A stretch of 64,000 bases of DNA from Candidatus Babeliales bacterium (GCA_963722255.1 CAVRJO010000001.1:256001-320000), one strand, 5' to 3'; counted from the stretch's first letter, positions 33,952 through 44,057 are shown. Notes: a model not told the origin generated them from the letters alone. A program made the numbers and translations.

Positions 33952-34428
33952 ATGAAAAAATTATTAGTGTCTATATCAATCTTAACCTTTTGTATTACTC
34001 TTGGCTCAGCAGTTTTTGGAATGTTCCGTCCAAAAAAATCGATACTTTTAAATACTTATGCTATTTCATCTAATTTGAGGACAAATTCAACTATTTCCAA
34101 ACTGCTTACAAGCTCGGTTTATTCAATACGAGTTTCTTCGCCGATTAAAGAATCACCACAAACGCATCGTTCAGCTAAATTGCCGAAACTTGAACCTATT
34201 AAAAAAGATAGAATAACAGCTGCAAAAGAAGATTTGAAGAAGCTTTTAAACACACCAATTGAAAATCTTTACCAACAGCTCGAAATAGTCGTTTCACCTA
34301 CAACCAAGCTGGCCCTTAACTATTTTACGTATCTTACAACAAAAAATGATATTAAGACCTTATATGATCTAGGATTAAAGGTAAGCACTAAATTTAAAGA
34401 ATCGTTAAGAAAATTAAAGATGTTCTAA
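33952..34428 (+). CDS. Secreted basic protein
   Basis: GGAGG RBS; signal ...VFG|MFR. Confidence 0.75.
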   Translation: MKKLLVSISILTFCITLGSAVFGMFRPKKSILLNTYAISSNLRTNSTISKLLTSSVYSIRVSSPIKESPQTHRSAKLPKLEPIKKDRITAAKEDLKKLLNTPIENLYQQLEIVVSPTTKLALNYFTYLTTKNDIKTLYDLGLKVSTKFKESLRKLKMF

Positions 34429-34554
34429 GAATTTCATCTAAAATCAGTAATTATTCGCTTAAAGCCAATATTTTATTGCTATTTTGAATTAATATTTGTT
34501 ACTATTAATATTGGAAATGTATTAGTAAAAAATTATATTATTTCAGGAGACGCT

Positions 34555-34956
34555 ATGAAAAAGTCACTTATCTATTCAGGATTACTGTTTTCACTCTTTG
34601 CTGCATCATTTGAATTGGCAGCAGAAGATCTAAGACCAATCGGAGACCTTGCCTTAGAATTTGTAAAACAAAAAGCATTTCAGGGTATTTTACATGCCAA
34701 AGAAAGAAACAAATATTCAACATTCACAACTGTAAATCAATTTAATCGTGAAAATGAAATTGTACAATCAGCCGCAAAAGACGTTCAATTAGCATCAGCA
34801 TTCATGAAAGATGCAGTTGAAAACCTAAAACATTTTAATGATAGTCAATCAAAAATTGAGTTAAAATATCTTGAACCTATAATAGAAGAAATCGAAAAAT
34901 ATAAAGAAATATTAAATGATCATATATCAAGCAAAAAAATAGGCAAACAAAATTAA
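34555..34956 (+). CDS. Secreted helical hypothetical protein
   Basis: AGGAG RBS; MKKSLIYSGLLFSLFAASFELAA. Confidence 0.75.
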   Translation: MKKSLIYSGLLFSLFAASFELAAEDLRPIGDLALEFVKQKAFQGILHAKERNKYSTFTTVNQFNRENEIVQSAAKDVQLASAFMKDAVENLKHFNDSQSKIELKYLEPIIEEIEKYKEILNDHISSKKIGKQN

Positions 34957-34980
34957 AGATTACATAACTAGAATCTTAAA

Positions 34981-35041
34981 ATGGCAGCTCTTATTTCAAG
35001 AGCTGCCACAACTTTAAAAAGTCATCAATATTCATTTGTTG
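34981..35041. repeat. Direct repeat of 35991..36051 (3' end of rsmA plus terminator hairpin)
   Basis: 58 of 61 bases identical; contains the hairpin TGGCAGCTCTT-ATTTC-AAGAGCTGCCA. Confidence 0.92.
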
Positions 35042-35076
35042 AGCATAAAGTATTAATATTTCAAAGGAGACTTACC

Positions 35077-35976
35077 ATGAAAAAATCTTTTAACTATAGT
35101 ATCAAAAAATGCATTAATTTTAGCACATTTGCTCTTCTCATAGCCAGCTCGGCGAACTTTTTTTATTTAGAATCAAAATGCACCCGCTTCCCATGCCAAA
35201 ATGCCCACCGCTTTGACAACCATGAATTCGTTAAAGGAACTTATCTTTTGGACAGACTCATTTTTACAAAAAATTTCCCTAATAATTTAAAACTACAAGT
35301 AAATGATGGTGGTGATTTTAATTTTCCAATAACAAAAAATAAATTAATCGACAATGTTTTCTATTTTAATAAACAGGGGCATGGTGACTTATATTTACAC
35401 GACAATTCAACAGTTGTGATCAGTGATAATCAAGGCAATAAATTGGTTGTAACACGACGACAAGAAGAACACAGAGGAAATAAGCTCAATTTTCCCGATA
35501 CAATAACCATCTACCTTTTTAACAAAAAGAATTATGAGGCTAACAAAAAAAATTATGGAACAAAAATTGTATTTGATGTTAATAAATTTGAAAACCTTCT
35601 CACGCAAACCACCACTTTTGATAATTTACCTGGAAGGGTAAGAACAGTAGAAAGAGTTGGCGGAAAAGATCCAAGACCTGCGATAGGGAGCATGAAACTC
35701 AAACTATCATTTGACCCAAGCTATAATAATATCGACTTAGAAATAGCATTTGAAAACCGTTTTGATAACAAGATTGAAGTAAAAATAGAAAGCCATGAAA
35801 ACCCCCTTATCGAAGCCACGTCAAGCACCTCTTACAAAAATTATGATATCACAACTTGGGATAAAGATTCTCAAAACAAAATATCTTATTACAATGATTT
35901 ATACAAAAATAACATTATTGTAAAAGAAGCAATGACGCAGGATGATTATAATGCAATAAAATACGTCTTAGAATAG
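35077..35976 (+). CDS. Secreted Asn-rich hypothetical protein
   Basis: AAGGAG RBS before ATG at 35077 (MKKSFNYS...), followed by a hydrophobic core. Confidence 0.75.
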   Translation: MKKSFNYSIKKCINFSTFALLIASSANFFYLESKCTRFPCQNAHRFDNHEFVKGTYLLDRLIFTKNFPNNLKLQVNDGGDFNFPITKNKLIDNVFYFNKQGHGDLYLHDNSTVVISDNQGNKLVVTRRQEEHRGNKLNFPDTITIYLFNKKNYEANKKNYGTKIVFDVNKFENLLTQTTTFDNLPGRVRTVERVGGKDPRPAIGSMKLKLSFDPSYNNIDLEIAFENRFDNKIEVKIESHENPLIEATSSTSYKNYDITTWDKDSQNKISYYNDLYKNNIIVKEAMTQDDYNAIKYVLE

Positions 35977-36000
35977 AAAATGACAATTTTATGGCAGCTC

Positions 36001-36780
36001 TTATTTCAAGAGTTGCCATAAGTTTAAAAAGTCATCAATATTCATTTGTTGTGCTCTCAATGCAAGGGTTTCATCAGAAAGTTTGGAAAGATCATAATGC
36101 GTTGATACCAAATTATTCCGCAAGGTCCTTCGTGGATGCGCAAAGCATAACTTAATAAATTTCCAAAAAGCTTCCTCATTTGGTATCGGTTTAACATCCT
36201 TTTTAGGCTTAAAATAGACCAATCGAGAAAACACCTTAGGGGGAGGAAAAAATGCCCCAGGTGGAATCTTTTTCAAAAGTTTAAGATCAAAGTAATACCC
36301 ATAAAATAAAGCGGGAAATCCATAGCCCTTCCCACCTTTTTTTGTTAATTTTTGAGCAACTTCTTCTTGGGTCATGACAACGCCTTCTTGAATAATTTCT
36401 CTGTGCTTATAAAGCAACTGAAAGATTGGGAACGTTATCTGATAAGGCAAATTGGCTAATAAAACCCATGGTTTATATGGTTCAAATTGAGAAAAATCAA
36501 CATCCAAAATATTTTCTTCTTTAACGTCTAAGCGTTTATCATTAATTGATTCTCGCAAATATGAAACCCATTGTGTATCAATCTCAAAAACCCACAAACG
36601 AGCAATATTCTGTTCTAAAATAGCGCGTGTAAGAAATCCATCTCCACCGCCAATTTCAAAAACGGACGTTTCAGGAGTTAATTTTACCGTTTGAATAGCC
36701 TCATCAACAACCGACCGATCACGCAAAAAATGCTGGCCAAACTGCTTTTTTAAAGGGATACCTTGCGAATATACTGTCAT
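36001..36780 (-). CDS. rsmA: 16S rRNA dimethyladenosine transferase
   Basis: KKQFGQHFL, EIGGGDG, ANLPYQI, FFPPPKV, RRTLRNNL. Confidence 0.95.
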   Translation of the reverse strand: MTVYSQGIPLKKQFGQHFLRDRSVVDEAIQTVKLTPETSVFEIGGGDGFLTRAILEQNIARLWVFEIDTQWVSYLRESINDKRLDVKEENILDVDFSQFEPYKPWVLLANLPYQITFPIFQLLYKHREIIQEGVVMTQEEVAQKLTKKGGKGYGFPALFYGYYFDLKLLKKIPPGAFFPPPKVFSRLVYFKPKKDVKPIPNEEAFWKFIKLCFAHPRRTLRNNLVSTHYDLSKLSDETLALRAQQMNIDDFLNLWQLLK

Positions 36781-36786
36781 AAATGC

Positions 36787-37836
36787 CTATTTCATTAATG
36801 TTTCTCTAAAGAAATCAAATTCATCAAGAACCATTCCTGCGCCCTTTACAACACAGCGTAATGGATCTTCAGCTAATCTCACCGGCAGCTTTGTTTCCTT
36901 AGAAAGTAAAACGTCAAGCCCTCGTAATAACGAGCCGCCTCCGGCCATTACTATACCGTTATCAACTAAGTCTGAAGAAAGCTCTGGGGGTGTATTTTCT
37001 AAAGCAACACGAACAACCTCAACAATATGCGCAATCGTTTCCAAAAGCGCCTCATTAACCTCAGTGCTTGTTAAGGTTATTGTTTTAGGAATTCCCGTTA
37101 CCAGATCACGGCCCTTTACATTCATTTTTTCAACACTAGAATCTAAAACAACAGTACCAATCGTAATTTTAATCTGTTCTGCTGTACGCTCTCCGATCAA
37201 TAAGTTATATTTCCTTTTAACGTATTGCACAATGGCACGATCCATTTCATCGCCACCAACGCGAACCGAGCGACAGAAAACAATATCCTTTAGTGTAATA
37301 ACCGCAACTTCTGTAGTACCTCCTCCAATATCAACGATCATGCTCCCAACAGGATCTTGTACAGCAAGGCCTGCTCCAATAGCAGCGGCCATTGGCTCCA
37401 TAATCGTATGTACTTCTCGCGCTCCGGCCTGTTTTGCAGAATCCTCAATTGCTCGTCGTTCAACTTGCGTAATACCTGATGGGACACCCACAACCATGCG
37501 TGGCCGAACCATAGTACGGCGATTGTCATTAACAGAACGAATAAAATAACGCAACATGCTTTCAGTAAGCTCAAAATTTGAAATAACACCATCACGCATA
37601 GGCCTGCAGGCAACGATACTTTCAGGAGTTTTTCCGAGCATTCGTTTAGCCGCATTGCCCGCAGCTAAAACTATATTACTATTGGCTTTAACAGCCACGA
37701 CGGTAGGCTCATCAAGCACAATACCTTTATTGCGTACATAAATAAGCGTATTTGCAGTTCCTAAATCAATTGCAATATCATTTGAAAAGAAACTAAACAG
37801 TCTTTTTGCTGGAAAAAATTTAAATAGTTTTTCCAT
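36787..37836 (-). CDS. mreB: Rod-shape-determining protein MreB
   Basis: IDLGTANT, RPMRDGVI, DIGGGTTEVA, GERTAE, GGGSLL. Confidence 0.96.
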   Translation of the reverse strand: MEKLFKFFPAKRLFSFFSNDIAIDLGTANTLIYVRNKGIVLDEPTVVAVKANSNIVLAAGNAAKRMLGKTPESIVACRPMRDGVISNFELTESMLRYFIRSVNDNRRTMVRPRMVVGVPSGITQVERRAIEDSAKQAGAREVHTIMEPMAAAIGAGLAVQDPVGSMIVDIGGGTTEVAVITLKDIVFCRSVRVGGDEMDRAIVQYVKRKYNLLIGERTAEQIKITIGTVVLDSSVEKMNVKGRDLVTGIPKTITLTSTEVNEALLETIAHIVEVVRVALENTPPELSSDLVDNGIVMAGGGSLLRGLDVLLSKETKLPVRLAEDPLRCVVKGAGMVLDEFDFFRETLMK

Positions 37837-37860
37837 AATTTTTTAACCTTAACTTTTTGT

Positions 37861-39171
37861 TTAGAAATTTAACTCAACACCCAACATAATCCGATTTGTT
37901 TTAACAGCTCCTTGCGCTGCAAAGAATTTTACAGGAACATCCCATTTAAATGAAACAATTGGAACAGACCAATGACACGACAAAATTTGAGTACAATCAA
38001 AAAAGGCATCTACCGTAACAAACTCTGCAGTCCATTGGGATTTCTTTCTATTTGCTTCTAAATTTACCGGTGGCATCTTTACTGCTCTTTCATCGGTCCA
38101 ATTATCCTTCATATGATGTGCAACTGTATAACCAATTTGAAGGCCAAAACCTTCACGAATATTTTCTAATCGTGCATAAGGTGAAACAATGAAGGTAAAT
38201 CCAGGATCAATACGTGCAAATCCTTGAACAGCACCATACAGTTGTTGTTCACTGACCACCGGAGAACCTTCTATACAAGGCTGTTGTCCTCCGATCACCG
38301 GCATGCGTTCTAATTTAGTTTTTGCAAAGCGTTTATTTACACGAGCATGCATTCCAACCTTCCAATCTTCTTTCAACTCAAACTCCGTGTCTATAGCTGT
38401 ATAAACTCCCCAATGACCATCTCCACCAAAAGGTATTGATGCGGGATTAGTAATTTTTCGAGTTAGTCCTGTTGGAAACATTACACCAACTTTCAAACCT
38501 GCGTCAATACGTCGAAATTTATAGAGATAGTCCCAAATATTGCCAACGCGTAGATAAAAATCAATATCAGAAAACCCTGTAGTATTAAAAACTGCAGCAT
38601 TCAAACCTAATTGTTTATTCATAACCCGACGCAATTCATCGAGCCGTGCTTGATCATCAGGCGAAATATGTAAAAGCGCAATACTCTCTCTACTTAGTTC
38701 AAAAGCATTACGTGAATAAAGATGCATAAAAAAGAATGAACCACCCATCCACAGGTTTCGCCAAATATGCTGATCCCATTGAAATGCAGCACCTTGCGTC
38801 TGAATTTTTCCTTCCATAATCCATAAAATATTTTGTTTTCTAAAGCGTGCTAAAGTAGGAAAAAGATCAAACGGATCAGGCTGCCCGATCGCAACAAGTG
38901 CATCTGCAACTCTGTTTTCATCATATAAGCCAAAAATGTCAAAAATCCCGATGTCATGTTCCTCATCCTCTTCATTAAATGCTTCATTGCCAACCATCAG
39001 CATTCCATCGAAGAATGCCGCTGAAGGACGATCCCAAGTCCTAGAGTAATTACGAGGATATTCCGGGAAAAATCTATTATCTTCTACCATTGAAAATACT
39101 TCTTGAAATAGCAAAACACTTATGAGTGAAACAACTATCCAAAAGCTACGATGATTTTTTTGCCTAAACAT
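37861..39171 (-). CDS. Putative outer-membrane beta-barrel protein
   Basis: Signal ...VFS|M; aromatic/Gly-rich amphipathic strands; ends IMLGVELNF. Confidence 0.6.
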   Translation of the reverse strand: MFRQKNHRSFWIVVSLISVLLFQEVFSMVEDNRFFPEYPRNYSRTWDRPSAAFFDGMLMVGNEAFNEEDEEHDIGIFDIFGLYDENRVADALVAIGQPDPFDLFPTLARFRKQNILWIMEGKIQTQGAAFQWDQHIWRNLWMGGSFFFMHLYSRNAFELSRESIALLHISPDDQARLDELRRVMNKQLGLNAAVFNTTGFSDIDFYLRVGNIWDYLYKFRRIDAGLKVGVMFPTGLTRKITNPASIPFGGDGHWGVYTAIDTEFELKEDWKVGMHARVNKRFAKTKLERMPVIGGQQPCIEGSPVVSEQQLYGAVQGFARIDPGFTFIVSPYARLENIREGFGLQIGYTVAHHMKDNWTDERAVKMPPVNLEANRKKSQWTAEFVTVDAFFDCTQILSCHWSVPIVSFKWDVPVKFFAAQGAVKTNRIMLGVELNF

Positions 39172-39360
39172 GTCTTTCCTTTCAAGAAACTAGCTTCATT
39201 TCGTCATCGCTATTTTTTAATTCAATTTTTTAAACCTTTTTCGCTTTACAGAACAATCTTACCCTGAGAACGTCATTCTGTATACGTACTTTTACTTCGC
39301 TCCTTCTAAGCAACGAAGGAGATGCAAAAATCTTCTTCAATTCTAGCATCGATGCTAAGA

Positions 39361-39452
39361 ATGTCATTGCGAGCCTGCGAAGCAACCCAGTTAAAGAGAC
39401 TTTTCATTTTTTTTACTGGGTCACCACGTCACTACGTTCCTCGTGATGACAT
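39361..39452. repeat. Palindromic repeat element (REP/RPE-like)
   Basis: Outer arms ATGTCATTGCGAG / CTCGTGATGACAT and inner arms ACCCAGT / ACTGGGT; partial copy at 62663-62689. Confidence 0.7.
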
Positions 39453-39694
39453 GAGTGCTTAAATTGTTAATTTTACTTTGATATTGACTACAATACTATC
39501 AAATCTAAATTAACCCCTATCTAATATTTCAATCATCAAATAATGGCGAAAGCCGGTCATTTCTGAAAGAAAAATTTTTTAAGCTCATTAACTGCCCTAC
39601 TACGCCAAGGCTTCGAAGAGCATACTTAGCTTTCCCTAACCAAATTGCCATTCCCTAAAAAACTGGCCTACCATACGAAGCTTTACGCGAAGTA

Positions 39695-39787
39695 TGGAGG
39701 AGAGAGAGGGATTCGAACCCTCGATTCCCTTATACAGGGAATAATCGCTTTCGAGGCGACCGCTTTCGACCACTCAGCCATCTCTCC
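39695..39787 (-). tRNA. tRNA-Ser(CGA)
   Basis: Reverse complement GGAGAGATGGCTGAGTGG...GTCGC-ctCGAaa-GCGAT, long variable arm, GGTTCGAATCC, CCA. Confidence 0.95.
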
Positions 39788-39929
39788 GTCATAAACTATT
39801 ACAAAAGTCTACATACTTAATAATAAATGATTCTGCTTTTTTGAGAAGTTTTTAGCATATAAAATTGACAAAAACCTAAACTAACGACTAAGCTTTCCTT
39901 AATTGTATGCAATAACCTAAAGGAGATGT

Positions 39930-41366
39930 ATGCTCGAAAATAAAGTACAAGCCATTGTTTTAGCCGCTGGCCGATCAACGCGTTTTAACTCGGGAAGAAC
40001 AAAATTAGCTGAAAGAATCTGCGGACAAGAAATGATTCTTTACGCGACAACTCTCCTACAGAATATCAAAATACCAACAACGGTAGTTACCGGTTATGCT
40101 CGAGAAACTGTTGAGTCAATTATTAGCAAACGTCATGAAACAGCGATTAATTTTGTAGTACAAGAAGAACAAAATGGTACTGGCCATGCACTACTTTGTA
40201 CAAAATCGGTCTGGAATAAAGAAGCAATACTTATAATTAATGGTGATATGCCCTTAATAACTAAAGATGTTATTGAACAGCTTTCTCAAAAACATTTTGA
40301 ATCTAATGCACACATTACCTTTGTTACGGCACACAATTCTGACCCTTCATTAAAAGGATATGGTAGGGTTGTACAAGAAGATCACAAAATACGCATTATT
40401 GAGCCAAAAGAGTTTCATGGCGATACCCATGAACATTGCTGCATTAATGCAGGTATCTATATGTTTAGCAAAAATTTTTTACTACAAAGCATTGAAAAGC
40501 TCAAACGAAGTGCTGTAACTAATGAATTTTATTTAACTGATCTTATTAAAATTGCAAGTGATGAAGATAAAATAATCAAAACGCTCAATGTACCTTTTGA
40601 TACTGTTCGTGGTGTCAATGATTTTAAAGAATTGTGGACTGTTGAACAGATTAAGCGCTCAGAAATAATAAGCCAATGGATGTCTCAAGGCGTACGCTTT
40701 TATTCGGCGCAAAATGTTCATATTGATCTTGATGCAACAATTGGAACAGGCTCACATATTGGCGCAGGTGTACACATCATTAATGGTTCACAGATAGGAT
40801 CAAATTGCCAAATCGAAGCATTCTCAATTATCAACAACAGTAAAATTGGTGATAATGTTATAGTATATGCTAATTCAATTATAACCGATTCTCATATAGA
40901 AGAATCTTGCCAAATTGGTCCTTTTGCTCATATAGAAGCAAATTCTGTAGTAAAGCACCACACCATAATTGGTAATTTTGTTCAGGTCAAAAAAAGTAGT
41001 ATTGGCGACCATACAAAAGCAAAACATCTTTCATTTATTGGCAATGCCCAAATAGGTAATCATGTCAATATTGGTGCAGGAACAATAACCTGCAATTATG
41101 ATGGCGTACATAAACATACTACCACAATAGAAGACAACGCATTTATTGGCAGCAATAATACTCTTATCGCACCTCTTACTATCAATAAGAATAGCTATAC
41201 AGCGGCAGGATCAGTCATTACAAATACTGTTCCTGAAAATGCTCTTGCAATAGCTCGATCTCGACAAATTAATAAAGAAGGATATGCTCAAAAGATAAAA
41301 AATAGTGCACCATCGCCTTATATTGCCGCTATCAAAACAAATTCTAGCCATATTGAAGGAACATGA
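39930..41366 (+). CDS. glmU: Bifunctional UDP-GlcNAc pyrophosphorylase / glucosamine-1-phosphate acetyltransferase
   Basis: LAAGRSTR, QNGTGHA, EFYLTD, hexapeptide repeats, GAGTITCNYDG. Confidence 0.95.
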   Translation: MLENKVQAIVLAAGRSTRFNSGRTKLAERICGQEMILYATTLLQNIKIPTTVVTGYARETVESIISKRHETAINFVVQEEQNGTGHALLCTKSVWNKEAILIINGDMPLITKDVIEQLSQKHFESNAHITFVTAHNSDPSLKGYGRVVQEDHKIRIIEPKEFHGDTHEHCCINAGIYMFSKNFLLQSIEKLKRSAVTNEFYLTDLIKIASDEDKIIKTLNVPFDTVRGVNDFKELWTVEQIKRSEIISQWMSQGVRFYSAQNVHIDLDATIGTGSHIGAGVHIINGSQIGSNCQIEAFSIINNSKIGDNVIVYANSIITDSHIEESCQIGPFAHIEANSVVKHHTIIGNFVQVKKSSIGDHTKAKHLSFIGNAQIGNHVNIGAGTITCNYDGVHKHTTTIEDNAFIGSNNTLIAPLTINKNSYTAAGSVITNTVPENALAIARSRQINKEGYAQKIKNSAPSPYIAAIKTNSSHIEGT

Positions 41367-42604
41367 TTCGTTTTATCCACACCGCTGATATTCATTTTGG
41401 AATGGAAAATTATGGTAAAATCGATCCAAAAACCGGAATTCATACACGATTATTAGATTTTGAAAAAGCACTTAACTTTTGCATTGATTATGCTATAGAA
41501 AATCAAGTTGATTTTTTTCTATTCTCCGGAGATGCGTATAAAACCATTAATCCGAGTCCCACTCAGCAACGCTTACTAATGCGTTGCTTTTTAAGGCTCT
41601 ATAAAGCTAAAATACCTATCGTAATTATTGTTGGTAATCATGATAACCCTCTAAGTTTTGGTAAAGCTAGTTCGCTTGATATTTTTGGAGAACTACCAGT
41701 AGATGGATTTCATGTTATAGCAAAACCAACTTCCTTTGTTCTGCAAACAAAAAGTGGACCGATACAAATTGTAGGAATCCCTTGGCCTAATAGATCAAAT
41801 ATTACGAGCACGCAACAACATTCTTCAAAATCAACAACGATGCTTACAGAGTATATAGCAGAAGCAATTGGTAACCTTATCCAAGATTTTGCACATAAAC
41901 TTGATCCAACAGTACCTGCGGTACTTGCTGGACATTTAACCGTAAGCTCAGGAATATTTTCAGGGTCTGAAAAACGTGCAATCTATGGCAATGATCCTGT
42001 TCTTATGCCTTCTCAATTAGCAATTGCACCTTTTGATTATGTCGCCCTTGGTCATCTTCATCGCTATCAAAATCTCAATCCCAATGGTTATCCTGCAATT
42101 GTTTATTCAGGCTCTATTGAACGTGTTGATTTTGGTGAACGAAAAGAAGATAAAGGCTTTTGTATGGTTACTTTAGAAAAAAAAGGAACTACTTCTCATG
42201 AATTTATCAAAACACCAATGCGCCCATTCATTCAAATTGAAATTAAACTCAACAGCGCAGCAGATCAAACAGAACAGCTGCTTGATGAACTTAAAAAATA
42301 TACAATCACAGATTCGATAGTAAAAGTTATTTATCATGTTCCAAGCGGCATAAAGGATTCAGTTGATTTGCAAAAAATAGTACACGCATGTTCATCAGCG
42401 CTCTATCTTGTGAGCATTACTCCTGTACGTTCAGTTGAATGCCGTGAAAAACGATCACTTATGAACAACTCTATGGATTTTTTAGCCATATTAGAAACAT
42501 ATTTCAATGCAAAAGACGAACTAAAACATAAAAAAAATGAGCTTATACAAAAAACGATGGAACTACATAATGAAATTTCTGACTTAGAACAAGAAACAAT
42601 CTAA
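41363..42604 (+). CDS. sbcD: SbcD/Mre11 nuclease
   Basis: HTADIHFG, SGD, VGNHD, YVALGHLH, YSGSIERVDFGE. Confidence 0.9.
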   Translation: MIRFIHTADIHFGMENYGKIDPKTGIHTRLLDFEKALNFCIDYAIENQVDFFLFSGDAYKTINPSPTQQRLLMRCFLRLYKAKIPIVIIVGNHDNPLSFGKASSLDIFGELPVDGFHVIAKPTSFVLQTKSGPIQIVGIPWPNRSNITSTQQHSSKSTTMLTEYIAEAIGNLIQDFAHKLDPTVPAVLAGHLTVSSGIFSGSEKRAIYGNDPVLMPSQLAIAPFDYVALGHLHRYQNLNPNGYPAIVYSGSIERVDFGERKEDKGFCMVTLEKKGTTSHEFIKTPMRPFIQIEIKLNSAADQTEQLLDELKKYTITDSIVKVIYHVPSGIKDSVDLQKIVHACSSALYLVSITPVRSVECREKRSLMNNSMDFLAILETYFNAKDELKHKKNELIQKTMELHNEISDLEQETI

Positions 42605-42683
42605 CTATTTTTGCCATCACTTTACAAATACCAGCATTGGCTTGCTACTATTTTTGAAGAATCAAAAACAAGAGGACAATCGT

Positions 42684-44057
42684 ATGATTATATATTTTTG
42701 TTTTTTTTGCAGCATATATTTTTCAGTGATCGGATGCATGGAAATAGAAAAAGCCTCCGATTATGATCTATCTTCTGAAAGCTTTAGCATCGAAAACCAT
42801 TATAAAGGAATCTATACTAATCTTGGCGACATTTATAAGGATATACCCTTACTCATTGAAGCAGCACCTACAAATAAAAAAGCCCTTTTATCACTCATTA
42901 GTTATTTTGAAACCATTCGTTTCGTTTTTGATTTTTTTGCCTATCAAACACCGCATACGCAGGCTCTACTCACAAACATTCCCTGGCAACAATTTCCTCT
43001 TAAAGAGTTACAACAACAAACTCCGGAGACTCCCGATGAAAAATATTATTATGGCATTTTATATTATTGTAACCGTTTAAAAAAGTATCGAATAGGTACA
43101 AAAAATAGTAGAAAACGTGGATTATCTTTGCTAGAAGAATCTGCAAACGCCGGTTTTCTCAAAGCGATGCATTATCTTGGAACTATTGCTCGATTAGAAA
43201 AAAATAAAACTAAGGCTCTTTCTTGGAACAGTAAAGCAAGCGAAGAAGATTATATTCCTTCTATTTTTGAATTAGGTTATATGATGCTTAAAAATACCGA
43301 TGATCAACAAAAAATCTCGCAAGCAGTTTCATATATTACAAAAGCAGCTGATAGTAACTATGCAACAGCACACTTTTATTTGGCCCTGCTTTATGATTCT
43401 AAAACGCGTTTTACCTCATTTACCGATACTGCAAAAGCACAATTTCATTATAAACATGCTGCCAGCTTAGGTTGCTTGCAAGCTCAACACAATCTTGGCA
43501 TGATCTGTTTACAAGGAACAGAAAAAAATAATGATATCATAGAAGGATTGCATACTATTAATAAAGCGGCACGTTGTGGATATGCACCATCACAAACCTA
43601 CCTAGGATTGCTCTATTGTTCAGGAATATATCTAAATAGAAATCCTTTGAAAGGAATCGAACTTCTTACTCATGCAGCAGTTCAAGATAATAGTGCTGCA
43701 TGCTTTCATCTTGCTAAGATATATATATTAGGAGATATAACTAATCAAGATATCCCCAAGGGAATTAAATTACTCAATAAATCTGTTAATGCAAATAATA
43801 TACATGCTCAATATCAATTAGGTATTTTTTACCTACATGCTATACATGTAGATAAAAACACCAATAAAGCAGTTCAATTACTTTCAAAATCTGCCTCTAA
43901 AGGATATTGTAATGCACAATATGTATTAGGAAAACTTTACACCGAAGGAACAATTATCAAACAAGATAACGATCTCGGCAAAAAATTATTAAATGCTGCA
44001 GCTGAACAAAATTATCAAGAGGCCATTGAATACCTCAAAAATCATGAAATTACCTAA
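42684..44057 (+). CDS. Secreted Sel1-repeat protein
   Basis: Repeated AQxxLG/Y...AA motifs; GAGGA RBS; signal ...IGC|MEI. Confidence 0.88.
   Translation: MIIYFCFFCSIYFSVIGCMEIEKASDYDLSSESFSIENHYKGIYTNLGDIYKDIPLLIEAAPTNKKALLSLISYFETIRFVFDFFAYQTPHTQALLTNIPWQQFPLKELQQQTPETPDEKYYYGILYYCNRLKKYRIGTKNSRKRGLSLLEESANAGFLKAMHYLGTIARLEKNKTKALSWNSKASEEDYIPSIFELGYMMLKNTDDQQKISQAVSYITKAADSNYATAHFYLALLYDSKTRFTSFTDTAKAQFHYKHAASLGCLQAQHNLGMICLQGTEKNNDIIEGLHTINKAARCGYAPSQTYLGLLYCSGIYLNRNPLKGIELLTHAAVQDNSAACFHLAKIYILGDITNQDIPKGIKLLNKSVNANNIHAQYQLGIFYLHAIHVDKNTNKAVQLLSKSASKGYCNAQYVLGKLYTEGTIIKQDNDLGKKLLNAAAEQNYQEAIEYLKNHEIT

Noticed and set aside
34981..35076. N-terminal extension of ORF 34981..35976
   Set aside because: It is the antisense rsmA duplicate; the RBS-supported start is 35077
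37064..37741. Antisense and alternate-frame ORFs over mreB (similarly over gyrB, lysS and the transposase)
   Set aside because: Shadow ORFs of conserved genes, with no RBS or motifs
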